From positions 3,264,001-3,328,000 of the forward strand of contig OZ242010.1 in assembly GCA_965204745.1 (NCBI GenBank): 64,000 nucleotides of DNA, given 5' to 3'. Below the pieces are notes generated by a model. That model was not told where the DNA came from. It saw only the letters and a program-made list of their open reading frames with translations, and ran no database searches. This DNA comes from Candidatus Latescibacterota bacterium. GTDB lineage: Bacteria > Latescibacterota > UBA2968. This document shows positions 52,073 through 61,311 of the stretch, piece after piece (positions within the stretch are counted from its first letter, which is position 1; each line of letters opens with the position of its first letter). A program made the position numbers and the translations under genes.

Positions 52073-53893
52073 TTGAACACGAGAAGAGGGACGCGCAACA
52101 ACACCGCGCGTCAAAATAGGCGTGTCTCGCGGCGGAAGCGCGGGAAAGAGCACAGCGAAACCGCGGAGACACAACAGCATCAGCCGCGCCGCGAATCGCG
52201 CAACCTGACGCGGTGGGACGCAATGGGCATCCTCGCGCTCGGCCTGCTGGTGGTGGTCTGCTACTTCCCGGCGTTCTTTGCCGGTTTTGTCTGGGATGAC
52301 CGCGTCTTCACCGAGGCCCGTGCGGTTCGGGACCTGGACGGCCTGTGGCGCATCTATTTCTCGCCCGCGGAGATCGAGAACGAGGCGCACTACTGGCCGT
52401 TGGTCTATACGACCTTCTGGTTAGAGCACAAGTTGTGGGGTTACGCCCCAACTGGCTACCACATCGTCAATGTTCTGCTACACCTCGTCAACACCCTGCT
52501 CCTTTGGCGTCTGATCGAGCGGTTGACCGTGCCCGGCGCATGGATCCTCGCCGCCGTGTTCGCAGTTCATCCCCTCCACGTCGAGTCTGTCGCCTGGGTG
52601 ATCGAGCGCAAGGACGTGCTCTCGGGGCTATTCTATCTCGCGGCCTTCTCGACCTACATTCGCTTTGTACAGGAGAAGCGTTCGGGACAGGGGCGAAAAC
52701 ACTACCTCTTGGCACTCGCGCTGTTCGCCCTGGGGTTATTGTGCAAGTCTATCGTGGTCACCTTGCCCGCGGCATTGTCGATCTATCATTGGTGGAAACA
52801 CGGTCGCATAACCGGCGCGGACCTGCTCGGGTTGGCGCCGTTCTTCGCGGTAGGTCTGATCGCCGCGGGCGCAGATGTGACATTCGCCGCGTCGCGAGAA
52901 CCCCTTGCCCTCGGCTACTCAATGCCCGAGCGGCTCCTCATCGCAACGCACGCCTTGGGGTTCTACGCGGGCAAGTTGCTGTGGCCGGTGGACTTAGCGG
53001 TTATCTATCCCCATTGGGAGGTGAACGTCACAGACCCGCTGGCATGGGGCTATGTCATAGCCGCTTTTGCAGTGGTCGCGGCACTTTATGGCTTTCGACA
53101 TCGGATCGGGCGAGGGCCGCTGGCCGGCGCGCTGTTCTTCGCGGTGACCCTGTCGCCCGTGCTCGGCTTTGTGGACTTCGGGTACATGCAGTTCTCCTTT
53201 GTCGCGGACCGTTACCAATATCTGGCCGGTATCGGGTTGATGACCGCGCTCGTCGGTGCCGCGACTTCTGGCGTGGGACGCTTGCCGGAGGGCTGGCGAA
53301 AGGGCGCGACGGGCGTCGCTGTGGTCGCGCTGATCGCCATGGGAACCCTGACCTATCAGCAGGCGGGCATCTACCGGGATGGCGTGACCTTCTTCACTCA
53401 CATCGTCGCCCACAATCCCACGGCGCGGGAAGCCCATCGAAATCTGGGCGAGGCATTGACCAAGCAGGGGCGTTGGGAAGAAGCCCTCGCCGCCTTTCGC
53501 ATTGCCGTAGCGCAGAACCCAAACGACGCCCGCGAGCACTCCAATATCGGAGCCGCGCTGATCATGCTAGACCGACTCGCCGAAGCCGAGGAACCGTTTC
53601 GCCAAGCCCTGAAGCTCAACCCGCGCTCAAAGTACGCCCTACAAAATTTGGCTGCTCTAAAGGTCAAACGACAACGCTACGGCGAAGCACTCGATCTCTA
53701 TCGCCGCCTCGTTGAGGTCACTCCCCGCAACCCGAGTGCCCACCACGGCGTGGGCACCGCGCTGTTCTTCTTGGGCAGACTCGATGAAGCACTCGCGGCA
53801 TTAGAGCGAGGACTGGCCCTAGACCCGACGCGCGGGGACATCCGGACCAACCGCGACGAGGTGCTGGCGATCTTGCGAAAACGCGGGCAATAA
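52073..53893 (+). CDS. TMTC-like GT-C glycosyltransferase with TPR repeats, copy 2
   Basis: Membrane domain highly similar to 38973..40793; TPR tail divergent. Confidence 0.85.
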   Translation: MNTRRGTRNNTARQNRRVSRRKRGKEHSETAETQQHQPRRESRNLTRWDAMGILALGLLVVVCYFPAFFAGFVWDDRVFTEARAVRDLDGLWRIYFSPAEIENEAHYWPLVYTTFWLEHKLWGYAPTGYHIVNVLLHLVNTLLLWRLIERLTVPGAWILAAVFAVHPLHVESVAWVIERKDVLSGLFYLAAFSTYIRFVQEKRSGQGRKHYLLALALFALGLLCKSIVVTLPAALSIYHWWKHGRITGADLLGLAPFFAVGLIAAGADVTFAASREPLALGYSMPERLLIATHALGFYAGKLLWPVDLAVIYPHWEVNVTDPLAWGYVIAAFAVVAALYGFRHRIGRGPLAGALFFAVTLSPVLGFVDFGYMQFSFVADRYQYLAGIGLMTALVGAATSGVGRLPEGWRKGATGVAVVALIAMGTLTYQQAGIYRDGVTFFTHIVAHNPTAREAHRNLGEALTKQGRWEEALAAFRIAVAQNPNDAREHSNIGAALIMLDRLAEAEEPFRQALKLNPRSKYALQNLAALKVKRQRYGEALDLYRRLVEVTPRNPSAHHGVGTALFFLGRLDEALAALERGLALDPTRGDIRTNRDEVLAILRKRGQ

Positions 53894-53927
53894 TCGAATT
53901 CAAAAAATAACGCGGAGGCATATCGTT

Positions 53928-56900
53928 TTGACCCATCCATTTTTTGAACAACCCATTCTCAACTCGCCTTATGCCCACCCGAGCCGGCATTGGGAATTGG
54001 ACGAGGCCGGGCAACCGACTCAGCAGATCATCGAAAGCCGGAGGCAGGTCAAATTCATCACGCCGATCCCAAAGCCGAAGCGGCAAAGGGGCGCGAAACA
54101 AGCGGCGCTGATCTTCGACGAGGGCAAAGGGCTTTCAACCGAGCAACAACAGTACGCACACGCGGAAATCATCAACGGGGTCCGGCGGCAGATCGACCAA
54201 TGGCGAACCATACCCGACCCGAGCCAATGGCGCGTGACCCCCGAGACCGGGTGCTTGCTCCGGCACTGGCGGCATCATGCCTTCAGCGGGATTCGGCCCT
54301 TCTTCTGCCAAATTGAAGCAGTGGAGACCGCGATATGGCTCGCCGAGGTCGCGCCGCGCATGGGGCGCGTTGGCAGAGACTTCCTCGATCATCTGGCAAA
54401 TGCCAACAACGACGCCAACCCCGAGTTGCCGCGTCTCGCGCTCAAGTTGGCGACAGGCGCGGGCAAGACCACTGTGATGGCGATGTTGATCGCCTGGCAG
54501 ACCATCAATGCGGTACGCCATCCCCAAAGCCGCAGATTCACGTGCGGGTTTCTCGTGGTCACGCCCGGCATCACCATCAAAGATCGCCTCCGCGTGTTGC
54601 AACCCCATGATCCGGACAGCTATTACCAAAGCCGCGAATTGATCCCAAGCGACATGCTGCCCGATCTAAAAAAGGCCAAGATCGTCATCACCAATTACCA
54701 CGCCTTTAAGCGGCGCGAGCGCATCGAACTCGCCAAAGGCAGTCGCTCCTTGCTTCAAGGACGCGGCGAGGCCCTCTCGACTTTGGAAGCCGGGGGGCAG
54801 ATGTTGCGCCGGGTCATGCCCGAACTCATGAACATAAAAAATATCATGGTTCTCAACGACGAAGCGCACCATTGCTACCGGGAAAAGCCGGGCGAGGATG
54901 GGGAAGGCAGGCTCACGGGCGACGACCAGCGGGAAGCCCAAAAGAACCGGGAAGCGGCCCGCCTGTGGATTTCCGGGCTCGAAACAGTGGGCAAAAAACT
55001 CGGCATCGGCCGGGTGATGGATCTCTCTGCGACGCCATTCTTTTTGCGCGGGTCGGGCTATGCCGAAGGCACGTTGTTCCCCTGGACAATGAGCGACTTT
55101 TCGCTGATGGACGCCATTGAATGCGGCATTGTCAAGTTGCCCCGCGTGCCCGTGGCCGACAACATCCCCGGCGGAGACATGCCGAAGTTCCGCAATCTTT
55201 GGGAACACATCCGCACCGCCATGCCAAAGGCGAGCCGGTCCAAATTCCTCGATCCCCACAGCCTGCCCGTAGAACTCCAGACCGCCCTAGACGCGCTGTA
55301 CGGGCATTACGAGCAAACCTTTGAGCAGATGCAAGCGGCGGGCATTGCCATGCCGCCGTGCTTTATCGTGGTGTGCAACAACATCTCGACCTCCAAGTTG
55401 GTCTATGACTACATCTCGGGTTTTTACCGGGAAAATGACGACGGTTCGCGGATCTTGGAAAACGGCCGCCTGCACCTTTTCCGCAATTTTGACGAGAATG
55501 GCAACCCGTACGCCCGGCCGCGCACCTTGTTGGTCAACAGCGAACAATTGGAATCTGGCGACGCGCTGGACAAAAACTTCCGCGCCATGGCCGCAGACGA
55601 GATCGAACGCTTCCGGCGCGAAATCATCGCACGCACCGGGGATCGCCACCGCGCCGAGAACATCGACGATCAAGCGTTGTTGCGCGAGGTGATGAATACC
55701 GTGGGCAAACCGGGGCGGCTCGGGGATTCGATTCGCTGCGTGGTGTCCGTGGCCATGCTCACCGAAGGGTGGGACGCAAATACCGTCAGCCATGTGCTGG
55801 GCATTCGCGCTTTTGGCACGCAGTTGCTCTGCGAGCAGGTCATCGGCCGCGCCCTGCGCCGGCAATCCTACGATCTCAATGACCAGGGCCTGTTCGACGT
55901 GGAGTACGCCGACGTGTTGGGCATCCCCTTCGATTTTACGGCAAAGCCCGTCGTTGCCCCGCCGCAAAAGCCGCGCGCGACCATTCAGGTCAAAGCCGTG
56001 CGCCCCGAACGAGACGCGCTTGAAATTCGCTTTCCGCGCGTGGCCGGGTACCGCGTGGCACTGCCGCAAGAGCGACTTCGCGCCGCGTTTAATGACGACG
56101 CGACGCTCATGCTCACGCCCGATCTCGTGGGGCCATCGCGCACGCACAACCAAGGGATCATCGGCGAGGGCGTCGATCTCACGCTGATTCACACCAACGA
56201 CCTGCGGCGCACGACCTTGCTCTTTCACCTGACCAAGCGGTTGCTCTACACAAAGTGGCGCGATCCGGGCGAGGTGCCAAAGCTCCACCTGTTCGGCCAA
56301 CTCAAACAGATCACGCGCCAGTGGCTGACCGACCACCTCGTTTGCAAGGGCGGCACGTACCCCGCGCAACTGATGTACCAGGAACTGGCCGACATCGCCT
56401 GCGAGCGCATCACCGCCGCGATCACGCGCCACCACGCAACCGAGCGCCCCATCGAGGTCATGCTCGATTCCTACAATCCCTCGGGATCCACCGCGCAGAT
56501 CCACTTCAACACGTCCAAGACCAGCCGCTACGAAACCGATGCGCGGCGTTGCCACGTCAACTGGGTCGTCCTCGACAGCGATTGGGAAGCCGAGTTTTGC
56601 CGCGTTGCCGAATCCCATCCGCGCGTCAAAGCCTACGTCAAAAACCACAATCTCGGCCTGGAGGTGCCCTATCGCGTGGGCGCAAAGTCCCGCACGTACA
56701 TCCCGGATTTCATCGTGCAGCTTGACGATGGCGATGCCGACCCGTTGCACCTGATCGCGGAGATCAAGGGCTACCGCGGCGAAGACGCAAAGGACAAGAA
56801 GACCGCGATGGAAACCTATTGGATCCCGGGCGTGAACCGCCTCCGCGATTACGGTCGTTGGGCCTTTGCCGAACTCACCGATGTTTATGAAATCGAATCC

Positions 56901-56951
56901 GCATTTGCCGATTGTGTCCGCCGGTTAGTCGCAAATCCGCCCCAAAGTTGA
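53928..56951 (+). CDS. res: Type III restriction endonuclease (Res) subunit
   Basis: LATGAGKT Walker A, NDEAHH, LSATP, EGWDA, YIPDF...EIKG nuclease motif. Confidence 0.92.
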   Translation: MTHPFFEQPILNSPYAHPSRHWELDEAGQPTQQIIESRRQVKFITPIPKPKRQRGAKQAALIFDEGKGLSTEQQQYAHAEIINGVRRQIDQWRTIPDPSQWRVTPETGCLLRHWRHHAFSGIRPFFCQIEAVETAIWLAEVAPRMGRVGRDFLDHLANANNDANPELPRLALKLATGAGKTTVMAMLIAWQTINAVRHPQSRRFTCGFLVVTPGITIKDRLRVLQPHDPDSYYQSRELIPSDMLPDLKKAKIVITNYHAFKRRERIELAKGSRSLLQGRGEALSTLEAGGQMLRRVMPELMNIKNIMVLNDEAHHCYREKPGEDGEGRLTGDDQREAQKNREAARLWISGLETVGKKLGIGRVMDLSATPFFLRGSGYAEGTLFPWTMSDFSLMDAIECGIVKLPRVPVADNIPGGDMPKFRNLWEHIRTAMPKASRSKFLDPHSLPVELQTALDALYGHYEQTFEQMQAAGIAMPPCFIVVCNNISTSKLVYDYISGFYRENDDGSRILENGRLHLFRNFDENGNPYARPRTLLVNSEQLESGDALDKNFRAMAADEIERFRREIIARTGDRHRAENIDDQALLREVMNTVGKPGRLGDSIRCVVSVAMLTEGWDANTVSHVLGIRAFGTQLLCEQVIGRALRRQSYDLNDQGLFDVEYADVLGIPFDFTAKPVVAPPQKPRATIQVKAVRPERDALEIRFPRVAGYRVALPQERLRAAFNDDATLMLTPDLVGPSRTHNQGIIGEGVDLTLIHTNDLRRTTLLFHLTKRLLYTKWRDPGEVPKLHLFGQLKQITRQWLTDHLVCKGGTYPAQLMYQELADIACERITAAITRHHATERPIEVMLDSYNPSGSTAQIHFNTSKTSRYETDARRCHVNWVVLDSDWEAEFCRVAESHPRVKAYVKNHNLGLEVPYRVGAKSRTYIPDFIVQLDDGDADPLHLIAEIKGYRGEDAKDKKTAMETYWIPGVNRLRDYGRWAFAELTDVYEIESAFADCVRRLVANPPQS

Positions 56952-56986
56952 CAAATGGTGACTGGTTTTCTATCTTTTTTGTCAAC
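56947..56986 (+). promoter_or_regulatory. Repeated promoter module GTTGACA-N17-TATCTT...GTCAAC, copy A
   Basis: Further copies at 57829-57870 (interrupted by IS982) and 59976-60018. Confidence 0.7.
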
Positions 56987-57039
56987 TGAGCGAATCAGTC
57001 ATTGTCGATGCGGGTGGCTTTTAATGAAAGGCGGTAACA

Positions 57040-57438
57040 GTGGATACAGGGCTTAATTTTTCGCGTGTATTGAAGTACGAAGGTTTTGTTGCATTCTGGC
57101 TTCTCCTTGTCGATAGTCTTGCGGTCATGTTATGGTTGAATAAATTTGGTCTGAATCCGTATCGAGGCATTCAAGGCGCGGGTGATATGGTGGGCTTTGT
57201 TGCCTTGTTGTTGTTCATTCCTTTATCAGCATTGGAGGCGATCATGATTTTTTATCAAATGTTTAAGGAGCGAGAACGCCGAGAAGGGCGCGAAGAAGGG
57301 CTTCAAGAAGGACGCCAAGAAGGACGCGAAGAAGCGCGGCAGGAATTGCTTCAAGAGCTCACTCGCGTGTTTGCGGGCGATAAAGACGCCATGGAAAAGA
57401 TCGATAAATTTTTCAATGGCACAGCCAGTCAGAAGTAA
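57040..57438 (+). CDS. Two-TM membrane protein with an Rpn-like (EGREEG) C-terminal tail
   Basis: Two hydrophobic helices, then MIFYQMFKERERREGREEGLQEGRQEG. Confidence 0.65.
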   Translation: MDTGLNFSRVLKYEGFVAFWLLLVDSLAVMLWLNKFGLNPYRGIQGAGDMVGFVALLLFIPLSALEAIMIFYQMFKERERREGREEGLQEGRQEGREEARQELLQELTRVFAGDKDAMEKIDKFFNGTASQK

Positions 57439-57482
57439 ATCGCAAAACATTATTCGGCCCTTTATCATCACTGGAGGCGATC

Positions 57483-57701
57483 ATGATTTTTTACGAAATG
57501 TTTAAGAAGCGAGAACGCCGAGAAGGGCGCGAAGAAGGACGCCGAGAAGGACGCCAAAAAGGGCTTCAAGAAGGGCGTAGAGAAGGGCTTCAAGAAGCGC
57601 GGCAGGAATTGCTTCAAGAGCTCACTCGCGTGTTTGCGGGCGATAAAGACGCCATGGAGAAGATCGATAAATTTTTCAATGGCACAGCCAGTCAAAAGTA
57701 A
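57483..57701 (+). CDS. Stand-alone duplicate of the Rpn-like tail
   Basis: Tandem duplication of ~57220-57445; has its own GGAGG RBS at 57473-57477. Confidence 0.6.
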   Translation: MIFYEMFKKRERREGREEGRREGRQKGLQEGRREGLQEARQELLQELTRVFAGDKDAMEKIDKFFNGTASQK

Positions 57702-57882
57702 ATCGCAAGGCGTTATTCGGCATTGGACGTGCAAAGTACGTGGCGCGGAGTTAAATGCGAGGCGGAACATTCGCAACACCCGTTGCCTCTGTTGCGAGAC
57801 TTGATTGACAAAGCCATCAACCCCAAAGGTTGACAAATGGTGATAGGTATTCTATCTTTATTTTTGTCAATGCGAATTAAGA

Positions 57883-58959
57883 TAGGACTTACGCCAGGGT
57901 CATTGGTATCGCCGGTGTTTTGAGTTGTTGTCTCAAATAGTCCTCCCATAAGCCATGTTTGACTTGAGAGATGGTTTGTCCGGTCTGATGGGCGACTTGG
58001 GTCAGTCGTCCCCAAACGAGAAAGGCACACGCAATGTGGTTTCGCACAATGCGTGCCAATCGGCATTGACACTTTTCAAGCCCCGTTACCTGTTTTGCTT
58101 CCCGGTGAACTTGCTCAATCTTCCAACGCAAGTGGCACACCTCTTGTGCCACCGACGGGTCGGTTTGCGTCAAGTCGTTGGTTACGATATACGCCGTGCG
58201 TCCCGTAGGAGATGCAACCCGGAATACGTTCACCTTATGGTTTTTGGGGAACCCTCTGAGTTTCATGCGTTTTCCTGTGGCCTGTTCGCGTTTTGTCCAA
58301 GTTAAGGCATCGACCCGTTGATAGGGGTTTTCACCTGCCGAATCGTCCACGAGGCGATTCTTTTTAATAGGACAGGAATAGGTCTTTTGCAAGTGCTCAA
58401 TGTGAAGCATGACCGCTTTGGTGGCATACCAAGTATCCATCACGACCCGATCAAAAGGCAGCTTTTTGTGATAGACCAAGAGTGACAACATCTCTTTGAC
58501 GGGGTCTAACTTGGTTTTTCCGTCCCCTTCTGGGTCGTAAATGCGAGAGTCAATCAACCAAAACGGATCGGTAACCGGATTGACAGACACACATGTCACC
58601 ACACCGATCCCATTGATGACCCCCTTCGCATTGCCACTGTATTGCCGACGCACGAGGGCCATCTTTTTCGCATAGCGCTTGTCTTGGACCGTATCATCAA
58701 AGAGAACCACGCCCTTTGCGGTCGACGTGAGGTGGGGTTTGACGTTTTTCCAGATCTCACGCGGCGAGACGCGATCCCCACTCAGCGTGCGGTTGAGCAT
58801 ATCATGCGTGAACTGGTCGCTGTGATCTGCGAAATGAGTCAGGGTATAGTTGTGCGGACTACTAAGCAATACTGGCAGTAATCCAGGCGCGTTGGTTTCG
58901 CCATACAGACCTCCAATGTGAGGATGGGGGGCGTCCCGTTCTTTTTTGCGTAAGTCCTA
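57883..58959 (-). mobile_element. IS701-family element, copy 1, transposase frameshifted near the N-terminus
   Basis: TIRs TAGGACTTACGC / GCGTAAGTCCTA; 6-bp DR TTAAGA; 1-bp deletion at ~58869 relative to copy 2. Confidence 0.88.
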
Positions 58960-59035
58960 TTAAGAGTTGAATCCATCGCGTACTTGTCTTTTCTTGAGGG
59001 CTCAACCATTTCACCCTTAAAGGAAGGAGCACGCG

Positions 59036-59929
59036 ATGGATTGGCAAGATAAACTCATTCACTTGTATGTCTATATTTGTCAGCAGTATGACCAAAAGCA
59101 TCTGTGGTTTTATACACAACGCATGAGTAATAACGATACGCCGACCTTCACAGATGAAGAAGTGCTGACGATCTATCTGTTTGGGATCATGCAACAACAC
59201 ACGCAGATCAAGGCGATTTATACCTATACCAAGGATCATCTTTCCGACTGGTTTCCCCATCTGCCCACTTATGCAGGCTATATCCAGCGGTTGAACCGTT
59301 TGTGTGTGGTCTTCGCCCCATTGATTGAACAGATCCAAAAGGACAGTCCCGCAACCGATGTCTCTGAACACACCTACAGGGTGGATTCCATGCCGATTGT
59401 TATGGCACAATCGGCACGTAGCGGAAAGGCATGTGTGGCCGAAGAACAACTGGCCAACAAAGGCCGGTGCGCTTCCAAAAAGATGTGGTATTACGGCACT
59501 AAACTGCACATTGTCGCACAAGACCGAGCGAATGGCCTGCCCAAAGCAGAGTACTTCGGCTTGACAGGCGCAGCAGAGCATGACCTGACCGCTTTGCGAC
59601 AAGGCTTACCCGTTTTGCGGGATGGACACCTCTACGGCGATAAAATCTACGCCGATCAGCCCTTAAAAGACACGCTTAGCAAACAGCAGAACCTGATCTT
59701 CAAGACGCCGGTGAAGCGAAAGAAGGGGCAAGAAAGCCTGACCGAGGCCGAAAAAGACTTTTCTCGGGCGGTTTCGAGCATGCGACAGCCTATAGAGGCC
59801 TTGTTCAGTTGGATTGAACGAAAGACGAACATCTCGATGGCGTCTCGGGTACGATCCTATGAGGGCTTACTCGTTCATGTCTTTGGGCGATTGACCGCGG
59901 CTTGCTTCTTACTCGCTTTCTACTCTTGA
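59036..59929 (+). CDS. IS982-family DDE transposase
   Basis: FTDEEVLTIYLFG, VDSMPI, YYGTKLH, GDKIY, RQPIE.LF. Confidence 0.85.
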   Translation: MDWQDKLIHLYVYICQQYDQKHLWFYTQRMSNNDTPTFTDEEVLTIYLFGIMQQHTQIKAIYTYTKDHLSDWFPHLPTYAGYIQRLNRLCVVFAPLIEQIQKDSPATDVSEHTYRVDSMPIVMAQSARSGKACVAEEQLANKGRCASKKMWYYGTKLHIVAQDRANGLPKAEYFGLTGAAEHDLTALRQGLPVLRDGHLYGDKIYADQPLKDTLSKQQNLIFKTPVKRKKGQESLTEAEKDFSRAVSSMRQPIEALFSWIERKTNISMASRVRSYEGLLVHVFGRLTAACFLLAFYS

Positions 59930-60047
59930 TTCGCATTGTCAACAAAAAGATTGACTATTATTCATGCCAAAAAAGGTTGACAAATGGTGATAGGTATTCT
60001 ATCTTTATTTACGTCAACAAAAAGATTGACCATTATTCATCCCAAAA

Positions 60048-61046
60048 ATGGAACGAGAGATGCAAAAAACATTACAGGACGCTGGCGACGACAATCAACA
60101 CGACGAGTCTCAGCAGAAAATGAAACAGGAAATGCAAAGCGCGTTGCAAGGCTTGGCTACCAAACGGCGGCGTCCCGTTCTTTGCTTCTATGGAGATATG
60201 GATCCGGTTTCTGTCCAGACGATACGTCGTATCGCGCCTAAATTAGAAGAGTCCAGTAAATTATCGGTGTTGTTGCATTCCCCCGGAGGCAATATTGAGG
60301 ATGCCTATAGAATAGTTTTGACATTGCGAGAATACGCAGAAGATATCGAAGTGCTCGTGCCTCAATGGGCAAAAAGTGCTGCGACCTTTTTTTCTCTCGT
60401 GGCAAATACCATTTATATCGGACGGTATGGAGAACTGGGGCCTCTCGATCCGCAGAGGTTAAATCTAAAAGGAAGCGCGCTGTGGACCTCTGCACTGGAA
60501 TCGTTTAAGGCACTTGATCAACTTTTTGAATTCTCTTTAGACTCTTTAGATGGGATAGTCCAGAACTTATTAATGCGTGCTCCGATAGATATTCCCTATG
60601 CAATAGAACACGCACAACCATTATTCTCAGCAATCGTGTCGCCTCTATACTCCCAAGTTGACCCACATGAATTGGGCAATGCGGGAAGGGCGTTGGCTAC
60701 TAGCGAGGAATATGCGATGAGAGTAATGGAGAGATGGGGATATTCAGAGCTAGGAGATAAGGAAAGGCGGGAGATAGCATGGCGTTTAACTTGGGATTAT
60801 CCGACGCATGGATTTGTCATTGACTTGGAGGAAGCAAAACAGATCGGGCTGAAAGCCAAAAGACTTGACCATGAATGTGACGAGATGTGTAGGGAAACAT
60901 TGGCACTGCTCAACAGCGCAGATATCCCTCACTATATTGACATTGAATCCCCACCACCAGATGTCCAAGACAAGGAGAACAGGCATGAACCCAAAGGAGA
61001 GGAACTTGCAGAGAGGGATTCGGAGAGGCAACAGAACGCCGTTTAG
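60048..61046 (+). CDS. SDH-family ClpP-fold serine protease
   Basis: LHSPGG, VPQWAKSAAT, LGPLDPQ, YPTHGFVI..EEA..IGL; lower GC than the flanks. Confidence 0.85.
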   Translation: MEREMQKTLQDAGDDNQHDESQQKMKQEMQSALQGLATKRRRPVLCFYGDMDPVSVQTIRRIAPKLEESSKLSVLLHSPGGNIEDAYRIVLTLREYAEDIEVLVPQWAKSAATFFSLVANTIYIGRYGELGPLDPQRLNLKGSALWTSALESFKALDQLFEFSLDSLDGIVQNLLMRAPIDIPYAIEHAQPLFSAIVSPLYSQVDPHELGNAGRALATSEEYAMRVMERWGYSELGDKERREIAWRLTWDYPTHGFVIDLEEAKQIGLKAKRLDHECDEMCRETLALLNSADIPHYIDIESPPPDVQDKENRHEPKGEELAERDSERQQNAV

Positions 61047-61182
61047 GCGCGAAAAGGCATCCGAGCGATCATCTCTTCGCATCAAGAGGTGGTTGCGGCA
61101 AAGGCGAATCTATCGCGGCATTAAAGAAGTGCCCTTTATGCCCTATGAGGATGATAGATCCAAGGGCAGACCAGGGTACTGA
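60985..61182 (+). CDS. Small Arg-rich hypothetical protein (65 aa) overlapping the protease 3' end
   Basis: AAGGAG RBS before ATG 60985; no recognisable family. Confidence 0.35.
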   Translation: MNPKERNLQRGIRRGNRTPFRREKASERSSLRIKRWLRQRRIYRGIKEVPFMPYEDDRSKGRPGY

Positions 61183-61311
61183 AAAATCCAATTTTGATCC
61201 ACATCCGCTCCATGGCAGTACGTCTTGCTCCCATCGCGCAATGAGGGCGATCACAAGTAAGACCGATCCCTTGGAGCTTTTTTTTGTACAAGTCGAGAAA
61301 GGATCGCGCCC

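Larger units (their letters stand above)
57871..59935 (+). mobile_element. IS982-family element whose left TIR is interrupted by IS701
   Basis: TIRs TGCGAAT(T/C)AAGAGT(T/A)GAA; flanking direct repeat TTGTCAA at 57864-70 and 59936-42. Confidence 0.8.
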
